A DNA stretch of 62,926 bases, counting the filler, from Aduncisulcus paluster (Eukaryota), in NCBI GenBank assembly GCA_024181965.1. It is 6 parts of 6 records of this genome, joined end to end, with 100 filler letters (N's around TTAATTAATTAA, not from the genome) between each part and the next. Parts side by side here need not be neighbours in the genome. Positions count along the whole stretch, not along the records: positions 12,497 to 30,586 come from BQXS01011033.1; positions 30,687 to 38,648 come from BQXS01011034.1; 4 more parts are not named here. One strand, written 5' to 3'. Shown here piece after piece: positions 21,883 through 33,600 of this stretch. The position numbers were made by a program, and so were the translations under genes. A model generated the notes under the pieces. It had not been told where the DNA came from. It worked only from the letters and a program-made list of their open reading frames with translations, and made no database searches. Positions within the stretch are counted from its first letter, which is position 1, and each line of letters opens with the position of its first letter.

Positions 21883-24144
21883 TCAACGAATGATATCTTC
21901 TCCTTCACTTCTTGAGAAAGGAATAGATGGACTATTATCTCTTCGAACGGGAGGGGAAGCACTTCTATTATTCATAGTACTATCTCTTGATAGTAGTATA
22001 CGTTCATGTCCACGCCTTGAAGAAGCGGATGAACAAGTGGTGGATGGAATAGAGCTATGGGTGTTGGATGATGCTCCGAACGTAATTCCAGCAGCAACAG
22101 CAGTCAATTGCTCTGCAGTCAATTGCTCTGTAGTTGTGATTGAAGAACGATGTTTTTCCATATCTTTTTCGTCTTTTTCGTCATCTTTTTCGTCAAGAAC
22201 CATATCAAAGGGGGTCACAACACGACTTGGAGCTCGAGAAACCAAATGTCGAGGAGAAGAAGCAAATATACTTCCACTGCCTGTTGTTCCGACACTGCCG
22301 GTTCCGACACTGCCGGTTCCGACACCGGTTGTTCCGAGTTCGCTGAACATTTGGGGATATGATGAATGATATGATTTGGGGGATTTTGAAGACCCGCCAG
22401 CAGAGAAAAACAATTGTTCTGTTGCACCAGAAACCACTGATGATCCACCCATCGCACCTCGAGTTGATTGCAAACGATTGAAGAAGAAATAATCTTTCGA
22501 ATCTCTGTCAACAATTGGGACTGAACTTGATGTGGAAGCAGATGTTGAAGGTTGATGTTGAAGGAAAAGACGAGAAGATCGGGAGTCTCGTGGTAACAAT
22601 AATTCTTTCTCGAACATTTCTTCTTCACCTTTACCATCACCTTCATGCTCATGCTCTTGGTCTTCTTCTTCTTCTTTCTCACTTTCTAAAATTGGATTTT
22701 GAGTTTGGAATGATACTGTTTGGTAATCATGATTACCACGATTTTCTTCAGCCTCTTCTTCTTGCTTTGAATGTTCATGTTCATGTTCTTCATCTTCTTC
22801 TTCGTGCTCATGGGCATCTTCATCTTCTGCATTCGTGGTTTCAAATGGACGTTCAGAGCCACAACAAATATCTTCTTCTGAATCGACAGCCACAAGATCA
22901 ACACACCTATTATTATTGACGGATGGAGTATGACATGAGCTAAAAATAGATGCATTGCGGTGTGAAGTTCCTAAAGCTCCTAAAGATCTTGATCGAACAA
23001 CAGAATCATCGATATATTGGCGGGGATGAAGAGCATGAAGAATGGGTTGTTCAGTAGATGATTGAGTTGAAGATAGAAGAGTTAGACTACTACTTTTTTG
23101 TTCTACCATTTCACTTCCAGCTCCAGCTCCAGTGGATAATAAATTGTTATTATCGGATGAAGTGAAAGGTGTTATTACACTTCCTTTCTGTTTATGATTG
23201 CCTTGTTCCTGTTCTTCAGAAATTTTTTCTAATCTACCGTCTAATCTATCGGCTAATCTACCGTCTAATCTATCGGCTAATCTATCGCCTAATCTATCGT
23301 CTGGAACTCTTTTGAAAGATATAGATCGGGGTTCACAAGCAGTGGTAATTGATTGCTTCAATTGATATTTTTTTGTTTTTGAAGGATTTGAAGAAAGGTT
23401 TGAAGAAGGGTTTCTTGCCAACTTGGAGGTAACACTAGCAACAGGAGTGCATATTGTATGAGTAAATAAGTATTTTGAATCGGTTGAAGAAGAAGTTGAA
23501 GAAGAAGTTGATTTTGTTCTAATCGAACCATCTGTTGTTTCCAAGGGACTATTTGGTTTCATAAAAGAAGTAATAGTGCCCGTTCTCGAAGGATTTCCAT
23601 CAAATTGAGAAGCAGAAGTAGCAAGAATAGGGATAGTTGAGGGAACGCAGGATGAAATAATCGATGGAGTATCGGAAACCCTTGAGTCTGGGGAATATAC
23701 AGTAGATGAAGATGGTCTATATATTCCAATTTGACCAGAAGACACGATGCTTGGGTGTGAAGTCATGGAGGGAATCATTGGAAGAGGAGTTGTCGTGGCT
23801 GATTGCTTACTCGTGCTTTCATCTCTGAAATAATCTTTTTCCTCGGGGAAAAGAGAATGTTTGATCATTTTTTGCAATGATTTCTTTACATGTTTGAGTC
23901 TTTGAAGAATGCTTGAAGAAGAAGAACTCAAACCCATTCCTTTTGAAGACGATGGTTTATCAAGGGGTTTTGTTTTCTCATCTTTTCTTTTTGTTATTGT
24001 AACAGCAATTGTATCAATTAAGTTCTTTATAATCTCATGGTATTCAGGTGATAGAAATTGTTGATTACCATCAGGAGAAGAGGCTAATTGCTGAAATAAC
24101 AGGGCTATATCTTGCAAATATTCTTCGTTCTTCTCTTTTTCCAT
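21883..24144 (-). CDS. Ser/Thr/Glu-rich low-complexity hypothetical protein
   Basis: ~750-aa ORF from MEKEKNEE; internal DRL(G/A/D) 12-nt repeats at ~23228-23300 and VGTGS repeats; no recognised domain. Confidence 0.7.
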   Translation of the reverse strand: MEKEKNEEYLQDIALLFQQLASSPDGNQQFLSPEYHEIIKNLIDTIAVTITKRKDEKTKPLDKPSSSKGMGLSSSSSSILQRLKHVKKSLQKMIKHSLFPEEKDYFRDESTSKQSATTTPLPMIPSMTSHPSIVSSGQIGIYRPSSSTVYSPDSRVSDTPSIISSCVPSTIPILATSASQFDGNPSRTGTITSFMKPNSPLETTDGSIRTKSTSSSTSSSTDSKYLFTHTICTPVASVTSKLARNPSSNLSSNPSKTKKYQLKQSITTACEPRSISFKRVPDDRLGDRLADRLDGRLADRLDGRLEKISEEQEQGNHKQKGSVITPFTSSDNNNLLSTGAGAGSEMVEQKSSSLTLLSSTQSSTEQPILHALHPRQYIDDSVVRSRSLGALGTSHRNASIFSSCHTPSVNNNRCVDLVAVDSEEDICCGSERPFETTNAEDEDAHEHEEEDEEHEHEHSKQEEEAEENRGNHDYQTVSFQTQNPILESEKEEEEDQEHEHEGDGKGEEEMFEKELLLPRDSRSSRLFLQHQPSTSASTSSSVPIVDRDSKDYFFFNRLQSTRGAMGGSSVVSGATEQLFFSAGGSSKSPKSYHSSYPQMFSELGTTGVGTGSVGTGSVGTTGSGSIFASSPRHLVSRAPSRVVTPFDMVLDEKDDEKDEKDMEKHRSSITTTEQLTAEQLTAVAAGITFGASSNTHSSIPSTTCSSASSRRGHERILLSRDSTMNNRSASPPVRRDNSPSIPFSRSEGEDIIR

Positions 24145-24416
24145 TGAAATGTCTTTCAATGGTTTTGATATTGGTCAATATGGTGTGACAAACATCAATT
24201 TTTTGATATTGATTCAATCATAAAATAATTCATATTTTAGATGATCTCACCATTCCTAAATTGATAAATGTCTAAAACATTGATTATTTTCCATAGATCT
24301 TTATTTGTTCTACCCGATATACACACATTTTTTCATAAATCATGAATCCGATCGTTATTACTTTGATTGCGCCATGATAAACATTTAAAATCTGATTAAA
24401 ACATTGAATAATTTTA

Positions 24417-27400
24417 TTACTCTTCAGGTGAATCCAAAGGCATATGCTTTTTCATCATAATCCTGACTTCATGACGGAAATTATGGTATTGTTCCTTTTT
24501 AATATAAGTATATGAACAACCAATGAACCTATGAGTGTTTGGTGTCCTAGATCCACATAAATTAAACCTTACATCCTCCAATATTCTATCAAAAACATAT
24601 TTTCTTTGTTTAACACCCAAATCTCTTGAAATATCAGCATAACCGTAACCAAAGATGTGAACTGTTGATTTAAACATGAGAGAAACAACAATTGGAGTTT
24701 GTTTTCCAAGGCATAACTGGATATTTGAGGCCAAAACCTCCATCGCGATTGGAGTAACCAAAGATTCTGGCAATTCTGAATGACTAATTTCTACAAAATA
24801 TATTTTTTCATCTTCTTTGGATGTTATTTGTTGTCGTCTTTGAGATTTAATTTTTGGATAACGAATTCCAAAGTGACCATAACCATGACGGTGACCAGAC
24901 TTCATAGAAGACCTTCTCATGATTGTCTCAACCGCATTTATGACCACATCTTGCAATTCTTTTGCGTATGAGAATGGTGGTTCTAACTGAGATTTTTCCA
25001 ATGACCATGGTTGTTTTGTTTTCAAATATTGTATTGTTAACAACCTTCTTGCAGCTCCAATTCTATCACAAAGGACTTTATGCCGCACTTTTAGCATACC
25101 AGTTTCCTTTGAATGACAAGCAATTAGTCCAATATGTAATACACTCATCAAAGCATGGGCAGTGTCAATGGCACTCACCTCGTGTCTTCCAAAATATAGA
25201 TATGGATCCTTTGAGCTTATAGGTTTTAATTTAACATGCTCTGGAACAAACCCAATTCCCTCTTCATCCAAGGATCCAAGAATATTGTTGACCAATTCTC
25301 TACGTTTAATCTCACCAAAAGAATCCCAAGTAGCATCTGAGTCACAAAGAGAAATCTTACATGATCCGTAAAACTGGTTTAATTTCGCAGCTCCTTCAAC
25401 GGTCCATGTTTTCATAGTTGCGACAACGATAGGTGTTAATTTCATTGAATTTCGAAGCGTTAAGAATCGCAATAAAAATGAATTAAACCCAATTCGATCT
25501 AAACAAATTCCTAGAGATACTTGTTTATGCCCCCTGAAACTAAAATCATGAAGTTTTATCACATCTTTTACCAAAGCACTTGGATCTCTCTCTCTCTCTC
25601 TCTCTCTCTCTTCCTCCTCTTCCTTCTCTTCCTTCTCTTCCTTCTTCTTCTTCAATTCTCTCTCTTTCTCTTTGTATAACTTCTAATCGTCCATTACCAA
25701 TCTCTCTGCTGACCCTTTCGTTGGCATCATCAAGGGATTGGATAAACTTATTAAATTGATGCCTTGATAATAATCCACGGATCAGATATGTACTTAAACC
25801 GACAATACAACACCAGAGAGGCTCAAGGAGTTGATCACCTTCAAGAGGGACAGCTGAATTAAGCATATAAAACGATAAGAAAGACGAGGGAGATGCAGAG
25901 GCAGCAAACTTATAATACTCTTCCATTGAATCTTTTAGATCACCTGTAGATGAAGAAGATGAAGAAGAAGAGGAAGAAGAAGAGGAAGAAGAGGAAGAAG
26001 AGGAAGAGAAGCTATGCTGAGTGAGGGACATTGGATCATAATCAGGGATATTTGTGGATTTACGTAACCAATCTCTGTAACTTTCACTATATTGTCTTAT
26101 CTCAGTGTTTGTCAACCTTTCTTTTAACCTTACGCCATTTATCTGATCTTCAATTTTTTTCTTATTTTGTTCTTTTTCCTTTTCTCTTCTTCTCGCTTCT
26201 TCCTCCTCTTTCTTTCTCTTCATCTTCTTCATCTTGTTGTTCCTTACTTCCAAAGCATTTCCTTCTCCTCCTTCTTCTTCTCCTCCTTCTTCTCCTTCTG
26301 CTGCTCCTTCTGCAATAGCACTTTCAAGGGCAAGTGCTTGTTCTTCTTCGTCATAGAAATCACCTTCAACTTCAAGGGCTTCAGCTTCAAGGGCTTCCTC
26401 TTCTCCTCTCTCTCTTCTCTCTTCTTCGTCTTCGTCTTCTTCTTCTTCATCATCAAAATCTATATCAGCGAGCTCCTCTTCGTCATGTATTCCTGAAGCT
26501 GCGTCCATGGCAATTTGATAAGCTTTGTTAACAATTGCAAAAATGGAAGTTTTTTGTTTCTCAAAACTATTTTTAGTTTTTCTATATTTATCTTCACAAT
26601 CAGTTATTTCTTTTTTCACTTCAATTTGACTTATTTTGAGTGCTTCTATTCTTTTTTTGGTAGAAAGTGTTGCTTCGGGTAGAATTTCATCAAAGACATT
26701 TTCAATAACTTCGAATTGTTCGGACTCTTGCTCATCTTCAAGCGTTTCCTTAAGTTCTTCGATTTCTTCTTTCAATTCTTTTAATTTATCCACCAAAGCC
26801 TCTTTTTCGCTTTTATATTTATCAGTTAATTCGGCAATTTTACCTTCAGCTCCAAATGCAACACTATACAGGGCCTCTACACCACCCTTATCAAACTGTA
26901 TCAGGGAATCCCAGCCATCGAAGAGTACACGGATGGCTATATCAACTGTCCTATCATCAATTACATAAATATTTTCGTGTAAAACGTTAGAAACATGGAT
27001 AGGTCGACGAGAATCGAGGAGGAGAACACGTGGAGGGTTTGTGCGCTCCTCTTCTTCGTCTCGAAATAAGAGTTCGGGGAGATCAACCTCTCCACCACAA
27101 TTAATAAATACTATCATCTCTTTCTACGTTGAAAAACGATGGTCATAGTGAAAAAGGGATGGTCAGAGTGAAAAATGGAGATAGATTGTGAAGATATCGC
27201 GAATATTGAAGAGATAGAGGTAATTTGGGAGGGAGATAATACGTATTAAGCGAAGAAAATAAGTCAAAAGTTGGAAAAAGCAAAAAAAATTACAAGGAAA
27301 TTCACATACTCTGGCTAGAATTTGAGACCTGGTAAATTCTTCTAATTGTTGATATGTAGCAATCGTTAATACTTGTGTACGTATAGAGTGTTTTCTGTTG

Positions 27401-27543
27401 AAGTAACTTTCCAATATTTTGGAACTACACAAAGAATCAACATCATATCCCAGAAAAAAGGGAATTATTGAATCCTCTGATATTCCAGCACTTTCTATGA
27501 TTCCAGAAAGATTAATTTCAATATCACGAAAATTTATAATCAT
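24417..27543 (-). CDS. CDC45: DNA replication factor CDC45 (2 exons, one apparent frameshift)
   Basis: YDVDSLCSSKIL, IVFINCGGEVDL, LLDSRRPIHVSNV and LWCCIVGLS motifs. Intron 27124-27309. The frame changes in the (TC)13 tract 25585-25610 into ORF 24417..25655. Confidence 0.85.
27124..27309 (-). other. Spliceosomal intron, 186 nt, phase 0
   Basis: GTATGT...CAACGTAG; joins SQILAR|KEMIVFINCGG; CTGAC/ATGAC branch-like motifs upstream of the acceptor. Confidence 0.88.
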
Positions 27544-27813
27544 TAGAATCGGCCAAATCAACTGGTTTGGATCTATCTCTGGTAAACTAAATTAGAGATG
27601 TAAAAGGTGCAATAAAATGTGGATCCAAATACATCCAATTTTGATTAAAATATATTTAATCCTTGTTTATTGTGATCCAACCGACTTACAGCCAATCATG
27701 TTTATCATCTTGAATAATATTGATATCGAGATATAATTCACGTTGATAAATTGAAAACACGTGCTCATTTGAATATTCATTATAAATCAATATATTATAA
27801 TTAGTTAGCCCGA

Positions 27814-29526
27814 ATGGCTATTCAATTTCCCTTTGGAGTACAACTAAGAAACACAATGGCTTCAACTCGTGTTGAAGTTGTTCAAGAAATTGGAGATAAG
27901 TATATTAACCATTATTTAATTCATGGAGATTTGAATCCAAAAGATTTAGATAGGATTCGTTCTTCTGTTTGTCAAGAACGGAGATTTAAAAGTACTCCGA
28001 CATATTACGAAATATTAAATTCATTATCTGAGGATTTTAAAGGGATATTAAGGCCCTTTTTAAAGCGGAAGCCTGTTAGAACTGCCTCTGGTGTTGCCAT
28101 CGTTGCTGTTATGTGTAAGCCGCATAGATGTCCTCATCAAGCCACCACAGGTAGTGCATGCATATATTGTCCCGGTGGACCAGATAGTGACTTCGAATAT
28201 TCATCTCAATCTTATACTGGTTTTGAACCGACTTCAATGCGTGCAATTCGTGCACGATATGACCCATATTCGCAAGTTCGTGTTAGATTAGATCAAATAG
28301 CCGACCTTGGACATCCAGTTGATAAAGTAGAATTAATTCTTATGGGAGGCACTTTCATGGCTCTTGGACAGAAATATCGAGATAAATTCATCTCCAAAAT
28401 GCATGACGCATTGTCTGGGGCTTCTTCTTCTTCCATTTATGAAAGTATAATTCACGCAGAACATGCAAAGAGTCGTTGTGTCGGATTAACCATTGAGACT
28501 CGTCCTGATTATTGTCTCCCGAAACACATAGCCGATATGTTATTATATGGAGCCACACGCGTTGAGGTTGGTGTTCAAACCGTTTATAGGGATGTTATGC
28601 GCGCTATAAATCGAGGTCACACAATTAGATCGGTGTCGAGATGTTTCGCTGATCTCAAAGATTCTGGCTATAAAGTTACTGCTCACATGATGCCTAATCT
28701 TATAAAAACTGATTTCATGAGGGATCTTTGGGGCTTTCAAGATCTGTTCGAATCTCTATCATTTCGTCCAGATGGTTTGAAATTATATCCCACTTTGGTA
28801 ATCCGTGGAACAAACCTCTATAATCTATGGAAATTCGGGAAATACAGATCATATACACAAGATACAATGCTAGACCTTCTCACTAAGCTATTTTTAGTAT
28901 GTCCACCCTGGGTTCGTGTTTATCGTGTTCAACGAGATATTCCTGACCCACTCGTGACTTCTGGAGCAGGTCGTGGTAATCTTAGAGACTTAATTCTACG
29001 TCGTATTCTTGAGCTTGGTGGTAGAACAGGAGAGATCAGAGCTAGAGAAGTGGGGTTAGCACCTCTAAATGCTACTCGAGCCAAAGAAGTCCAGAAAAAA
29101 AAGAGAGAACGAACCATAACGACCGCTGGAGGTGTCGTTACAAGTGAAGCTGTATTTACTCGAAGAGATTATTGTGCAAACGGATCTTGGGAATCCTTTT
29201 TATCCTTTGAGGATGCTGTATCTGGTGCATTGATTGGACTTTTAAGGCTTCGATTGATCAGACGTTCTTTTAGACCTGAATTACGAGGGAGAGTGAGTAT
29301 GATAAGGGAAGTTCATGTCTATGGCAGCGCAAGTAAGGTTGGAACAGCTGGTGTCCAACAACAGCATCGGGGCTATGGAAGGTTATTGATCAAAAAGGCT
29401 GAGGAAATTGCAAAGAATGAACATAGATCGCGTAAAATAGTCGTTATTGCTGGATTGGGGACAAAATTTTATTATGGAAAGAATGGATTTAAACACGATG
29501 GAGTCTACATGAGTAAAATGCTGTGA
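27814..29526 (+). CDS. ELP3: Elongator complex protein 3 (radical SAM + GNAT)
   Basis: VRTASGVAIVAVMCKPHRCPH..CIYCPGGP, TIETRPDYC, DGLKLYPTLVIRGT, IREVHVYG, QHRGYG. Confidence 0.97.
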   Translation: MAIQFPFGVQLRNTMASTRVEVVQEIGDKYINHYLIHGDLNPKDLDRIRSSVCQERRFKSTPTYYEILNSLSEDFKGILRPFLKRKPVRTASGVAIVAVMCKPHRCPHQATTGSACIYCPGGPDSDFEYSSQSYTGFEPTSMRAIRARYDPYSQVRVRLDQIADLGHPVDKVELILMGGTFMALGQKYRDKFISKMHDALSGASSSSIYESIIHAEHAKSRCVGLTIETRPDYCLPKHIADMLLYGATRVEVGVQTVYRDVMRAINRGHTIRSVSRCFADLKDSGYKVTAHMMPNLIKTDFMRDLWGFQDLFESLSFRPDGLKLYPTLVIRGTNLYNLWKFGKYRSYTQDTMLDLLTKLFLVCPPWVRVYRVQRDIPDPLVTSGAGRGNLRDLILRRILELGGRTGEIRAREVGLAPLNATRAKEVQKKKRERTITTAGGVVTSEAVFTRRDYCANGSWESFLSFEDAVSGALIGLLRLRLIRRSFRPELRGRVSMIREVHVYGSASKVGTAGVQQQHRGYGRLLIKKAEEIAKNEHRSRKIVVIAGLGTKFYYGKNGFKHDGVYMSKML

Positions 29527-30025
29527 GATGTAACTTAATAAGTTACGTACAAGTTATCAGAGTGATTATGAATGAAATTTTCATTGAAATGTTTTGTAAA
29601 CATTTACAATGTAAATGAATCGGACTTCAGACTACTAACAAAGCATCTTGAAGATAGAGTTTGTGAAGTTGAATGTGAATTTGTTAAGTTCCCTTTCTAA
29701 GGCGTGTTGGTAACTTACCAACATCCTTGAAGGAATTAAAATGTAAGACAAAAGTAAAACAAAAGTAAAACAAAACAAAACATAACAAACCAAACCAAAC
29801 CAAATAATAAACTGAATTAGTTTTTATCAATCGAGCAAGCAGAGAAGAATGTGAGAACGACTTTGAAAACCCCAAACTGAAGAAAACCAGAAGTTAGTAG
29901 CTTTTCTGCCAATAAGTCGATGATATATTCACAATATTCATAGATTTCAACTGCAACTTATCTGCATATTTTGTCACTTTATAATCCAATATGTAAACAA
30001 AACTCGGGACTGATGAAACGATTTT

Positions 30026-30303
30026 ATGTCTAGGAGTGGATCTCTTAGCGTAGTTTAGAAAGATAGTGTGACACTGAAGATAGTGTGACATTGAAGATAG
30101 TGTGACACTCAAAGGTGTAGGTGACGTAAGAAGAGAGCTCATAGGATCATAACCTCAGGGAAGCGATGTCTAGGAGGATCTCTTAGCGTAGTTTAGAAAG
30201 ATAGTGTGACACTGAAGATAGTGTGACATTGAAGATAGTGTGACACTCAAAGGTGTAGGTGACGTAAGAAGAGAGCTCATAGGATCATAACCTCAGGGAA
30301 GCG
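30026..30303. repeat. ~138-nt tandem duplication, each unit holding three 15-nt subrepeats
   Basis: Units start at 30026 and 30166; subrepeat AAGATAGTGTGACA(C/T)T; non-coding, near contig end. Confidence 0.9.
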
Positions 30304-30586
30304 TGTGGAAAGAGCATGAGCAGAGGATATATAGAGACTATAGAAGTGCTGGTATCACCTAGAAAAACAAAGATATTCCAACTATCTACAACAAACAACG
30401 ATAACCTACAAGATACATACGAACGAGGAGTAAAAAAAAGGAAATATGTGACGAAAATGGGAAACGGTCATTGTGGATAGTTTCTGAAGTGTCATAGCCA
30501 CTGACAGCGAAACTGCACTGCAATGGAGCTCATAGGATTGACGATTCAAAGCATTGCCATAAACAAGGTAGTTGTTTTCTTCACAG

Positions 30587-30686
30587 NNNNNNNNNNNNNN
30601 NNNNNNNNNNNNNNNNNNNNNNNNNNNNNNTTAATTAATTAANNNNNNNNNNNNNNNNNNNNNNNNNNNNNNNNNNNNNNNNNNNN
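30587..30686. other. Artificial contig-joining spacer
   Basis: N44-TTAATTAATTAA-N44. Confidence 0.98.
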
Positions 30687-33600
30687 ATTTGATGAGGAGG
30701 AATCTCAGGTGTGAAATGAGATGTGTTCACAATAACGTCTGACATGGCCAATTTTAGTGGCGTTGGAGGCGTCTTTGTAGCCATTGAAAGAGAAGAGAAA
30801 GGGAAAGAAAAAGAAGCTGCTTCTCTCCCACTCTCGAATAACAACACTGATGATGGACTGTGAACGAGGGAAGAGCTTGAAATGCCATGAGATGATTGTT
30901 CAGATAAAATTGATATAGATGTTTGATGAGAGTGGAAATGAGAATACATAAGATATGGTTGAATATTGGATTTTTCGAAGAGATCAGATAAACACGAAAT
31001 ATCGATTGGATTTTCATATACAATCGAAGTCACAATATTATCTTTCTTAGTCCCTGAGTAAGAAGAGAAAGAGGAAGAGAAGGAAGAGGAAGAATGAGAA
31101 TAGTCAGGGGTGTGTTTAATGTGGTATAAAGTGGGTGTCTTGGGAGTGGTAAGAATATGATTATGAAAGAGAGAGGAGAAATATATCTCAGAAGTCCCAT
31201 GGGGAAGAGCAGTTAGGGAATCAATACAAGAAAAGAATATTCCAGTTTTATGAAACAAATGGCCATCAATTACCATTCTAAAAATAGGTTGAGAAGTTTG
31301 GTGGCTCACACTTCGATGATGTTGTTCTAAACCAATTCCACTCATTGGAATGGAACTACTCGATCCTTTCGGTGTTAGCATTGTTGTTGTATCTATTTTT
31401 GGAACAACTTGAGAAGAATGAACATCCACTGCAATACCAAGATGTTTTGAGGAAGTTGATGCTGAGCTTGAGCCTATTCCAGAAGCTGAAGAAGAGATTC
31501 GAGGAGACAAAGAACTCTTTGAACTCTCTCTCTTCTTAAAAGGATGTGTTAGAGAGAACCCATTACATTTCCTGTGAGACGTGTGTGACATTGTAGGTTT
31601 CGTTGTTCTTGTTCTTGATATATTAGTACTGGTACACTGTGCTAATGAACTGATGGCCAAAGGGGTATGTAAATTATTGTGAGAGAGGAGAGATGGGGGT
31701 TTAGAAGTCAACGACAAGGGTTGATATTCTTTGTCGAGGGAAGGATGGTATGACACTGAAGAATCGGGGAAAAGTATGGAAGGATTCAATGAACTCCCTG
31801 ATGTTCCTTTCTCTCTCTCTCTTCTCCTCTTCTCTTCCTCTCTCTCTCTCTCTTCCTCCCTCTCTCTCTCTTCCTCTCTCTCTCTCTCTTCCTCTCTCTC
31901 TCTCTCTTCCTCATCGTTCAACATGGCGAGTGGAGTAGGAGAGCATGAAGAGAATGTGTTGGACAGATACCCAGGTTGACATTCCTTTTCGTCTATAACC
32001 ACTTGTCCAGTTTCGTCGACACGAACATCTTCTTCCCCATCCACAGGCTTGTCAATAAGAGCCTGTTTGACAACACGAAGCAACCTGGCATAATGCTTTT
32101 CCGTTGCAGCATCAGAGATTAACTTTTCTCGAACAGAGAGATTATGCATTCCGCTCTTAGCCTTAGAAATATGGGTCAAAGTTGAAGTTAGATTGTTGAA
32201 TATATGCATGTATTGTCTTAACTCTTCTTTATAATGTTCTTGAGCAAGCTGAATTTGAGGAGGGACATGATGTTCGAGGTATGAACTCATATTTATGCAT
32301 TGAGAATAGAAATACTGTTTTAACTCAGACATTTCAGGATCTATCAACTCTGATGTGTTGTTAAGAGTGGAAATAACACCCAAAAGATCCGTTCTAGTCT
32401 TATCATATTGAGTGAACAGTGATTTATATTGAACATAAGCTGGGAACAGGGTATGTTGTGAACGTTTCCAAGCAATCAAAAGTTCGCTGACTTTCTCTTC
32501 TTCTTCTTCAATTATAAAATGTAATCTGGCCTTTCTTCTTTTCAAAATAACATCAATTCCTTCAGTATTTCTCTCATTCGATTGGCTGAGAGAAGCTGAA
32601 CTATCATTCAATTCAGAAAGTCTAAACTCCCTTCCCTTCACTTTCCTCTCTTTCTCTCTCTCTCTCTCTTCTTTTCTCAGATCTCGATAGTCTCTTCCAT
32701 ACAGAAGGTAACGATTCAAAAGGACCATGAAGAGCACAAACACCATCATCAACGACACACTCAACACAGACACTCCTAGAACAATGAGAGCAATAGAAAG
32801 ACGGTGTATGATCAGAGTGAAAGGTGCACATGCATTCGGTGGACAAGATCTCACGTATTGTCTTGGTGGTTGGAAGTTCTTGGAGAGATGTGGAAGAAGT
32901 TAGAGAAGAAATTGTTGCCAAGTGCATGGGGAAAAATGATGGAATGTTGTCGTTTTGAATCGTTTCATCATTGGAAGTTTGTGGCTCTGATTGACCATCC
33001 ATAACCGTTAGTTTGGAGTCATCGTGATGATGAGATGATTCAGAATCTAGTACACGACTCGTTGACGTTTGTTGATCTTCTGATTTAATCTCTTTGTGTT
33101 CTTTCTCTTGGATTATTATTGTTTCTTCTTCTTCTTTGGTGGTTTCCTCCTTGGATTCTTTCTCTTGCTTCGGTTCTTTCTCTTGCTTCGGTTCTCTGTG
33201 AGTTGTGTCGAATGAATTCGAAGAGATAAAACTCGTAGCCACAGATGGTTGTTCAGAAGCATCAATAGAGGAGCTTTTGATTACTTTTGGTGTCAATGTT
33301 TGTTCACTTTGATCTTGTTCAGAAGCATGATCTTCTTTCGTGGCATTTTTATCTATTCTTTTCACAAGAGAATCGTCTTTCAAATATTTAGGATCATGAG
33401 TTTGGAGATATTGTATTTCCCTATCGTTTTTCCAGTTACAAAATAGTTCAAACAATATTGCTGATGTGAGTCTTGGTTCATAAGACGGATTTAAACACTG
33501 TTTTAAGGCTGTTTTAATATTTTCTGGGACCCAATCGCCCAAATTTTCATCGATCATTTTATCTTTTTTCTCAGAATCAGCTAAAATGCTATTTATAGCG

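Noticed and set aside
30010-30061. Hammerhead ribozyme (CTGATGA...GAAA)
   Set aside because: The stem II closing pair and stems I and III cannot be formed.
30059-30250. CRISPR-like array
   Set aside because: Repeats are about 15 nt and head-to-tail with no unique spacers; no cas genes; eukaryotic context.
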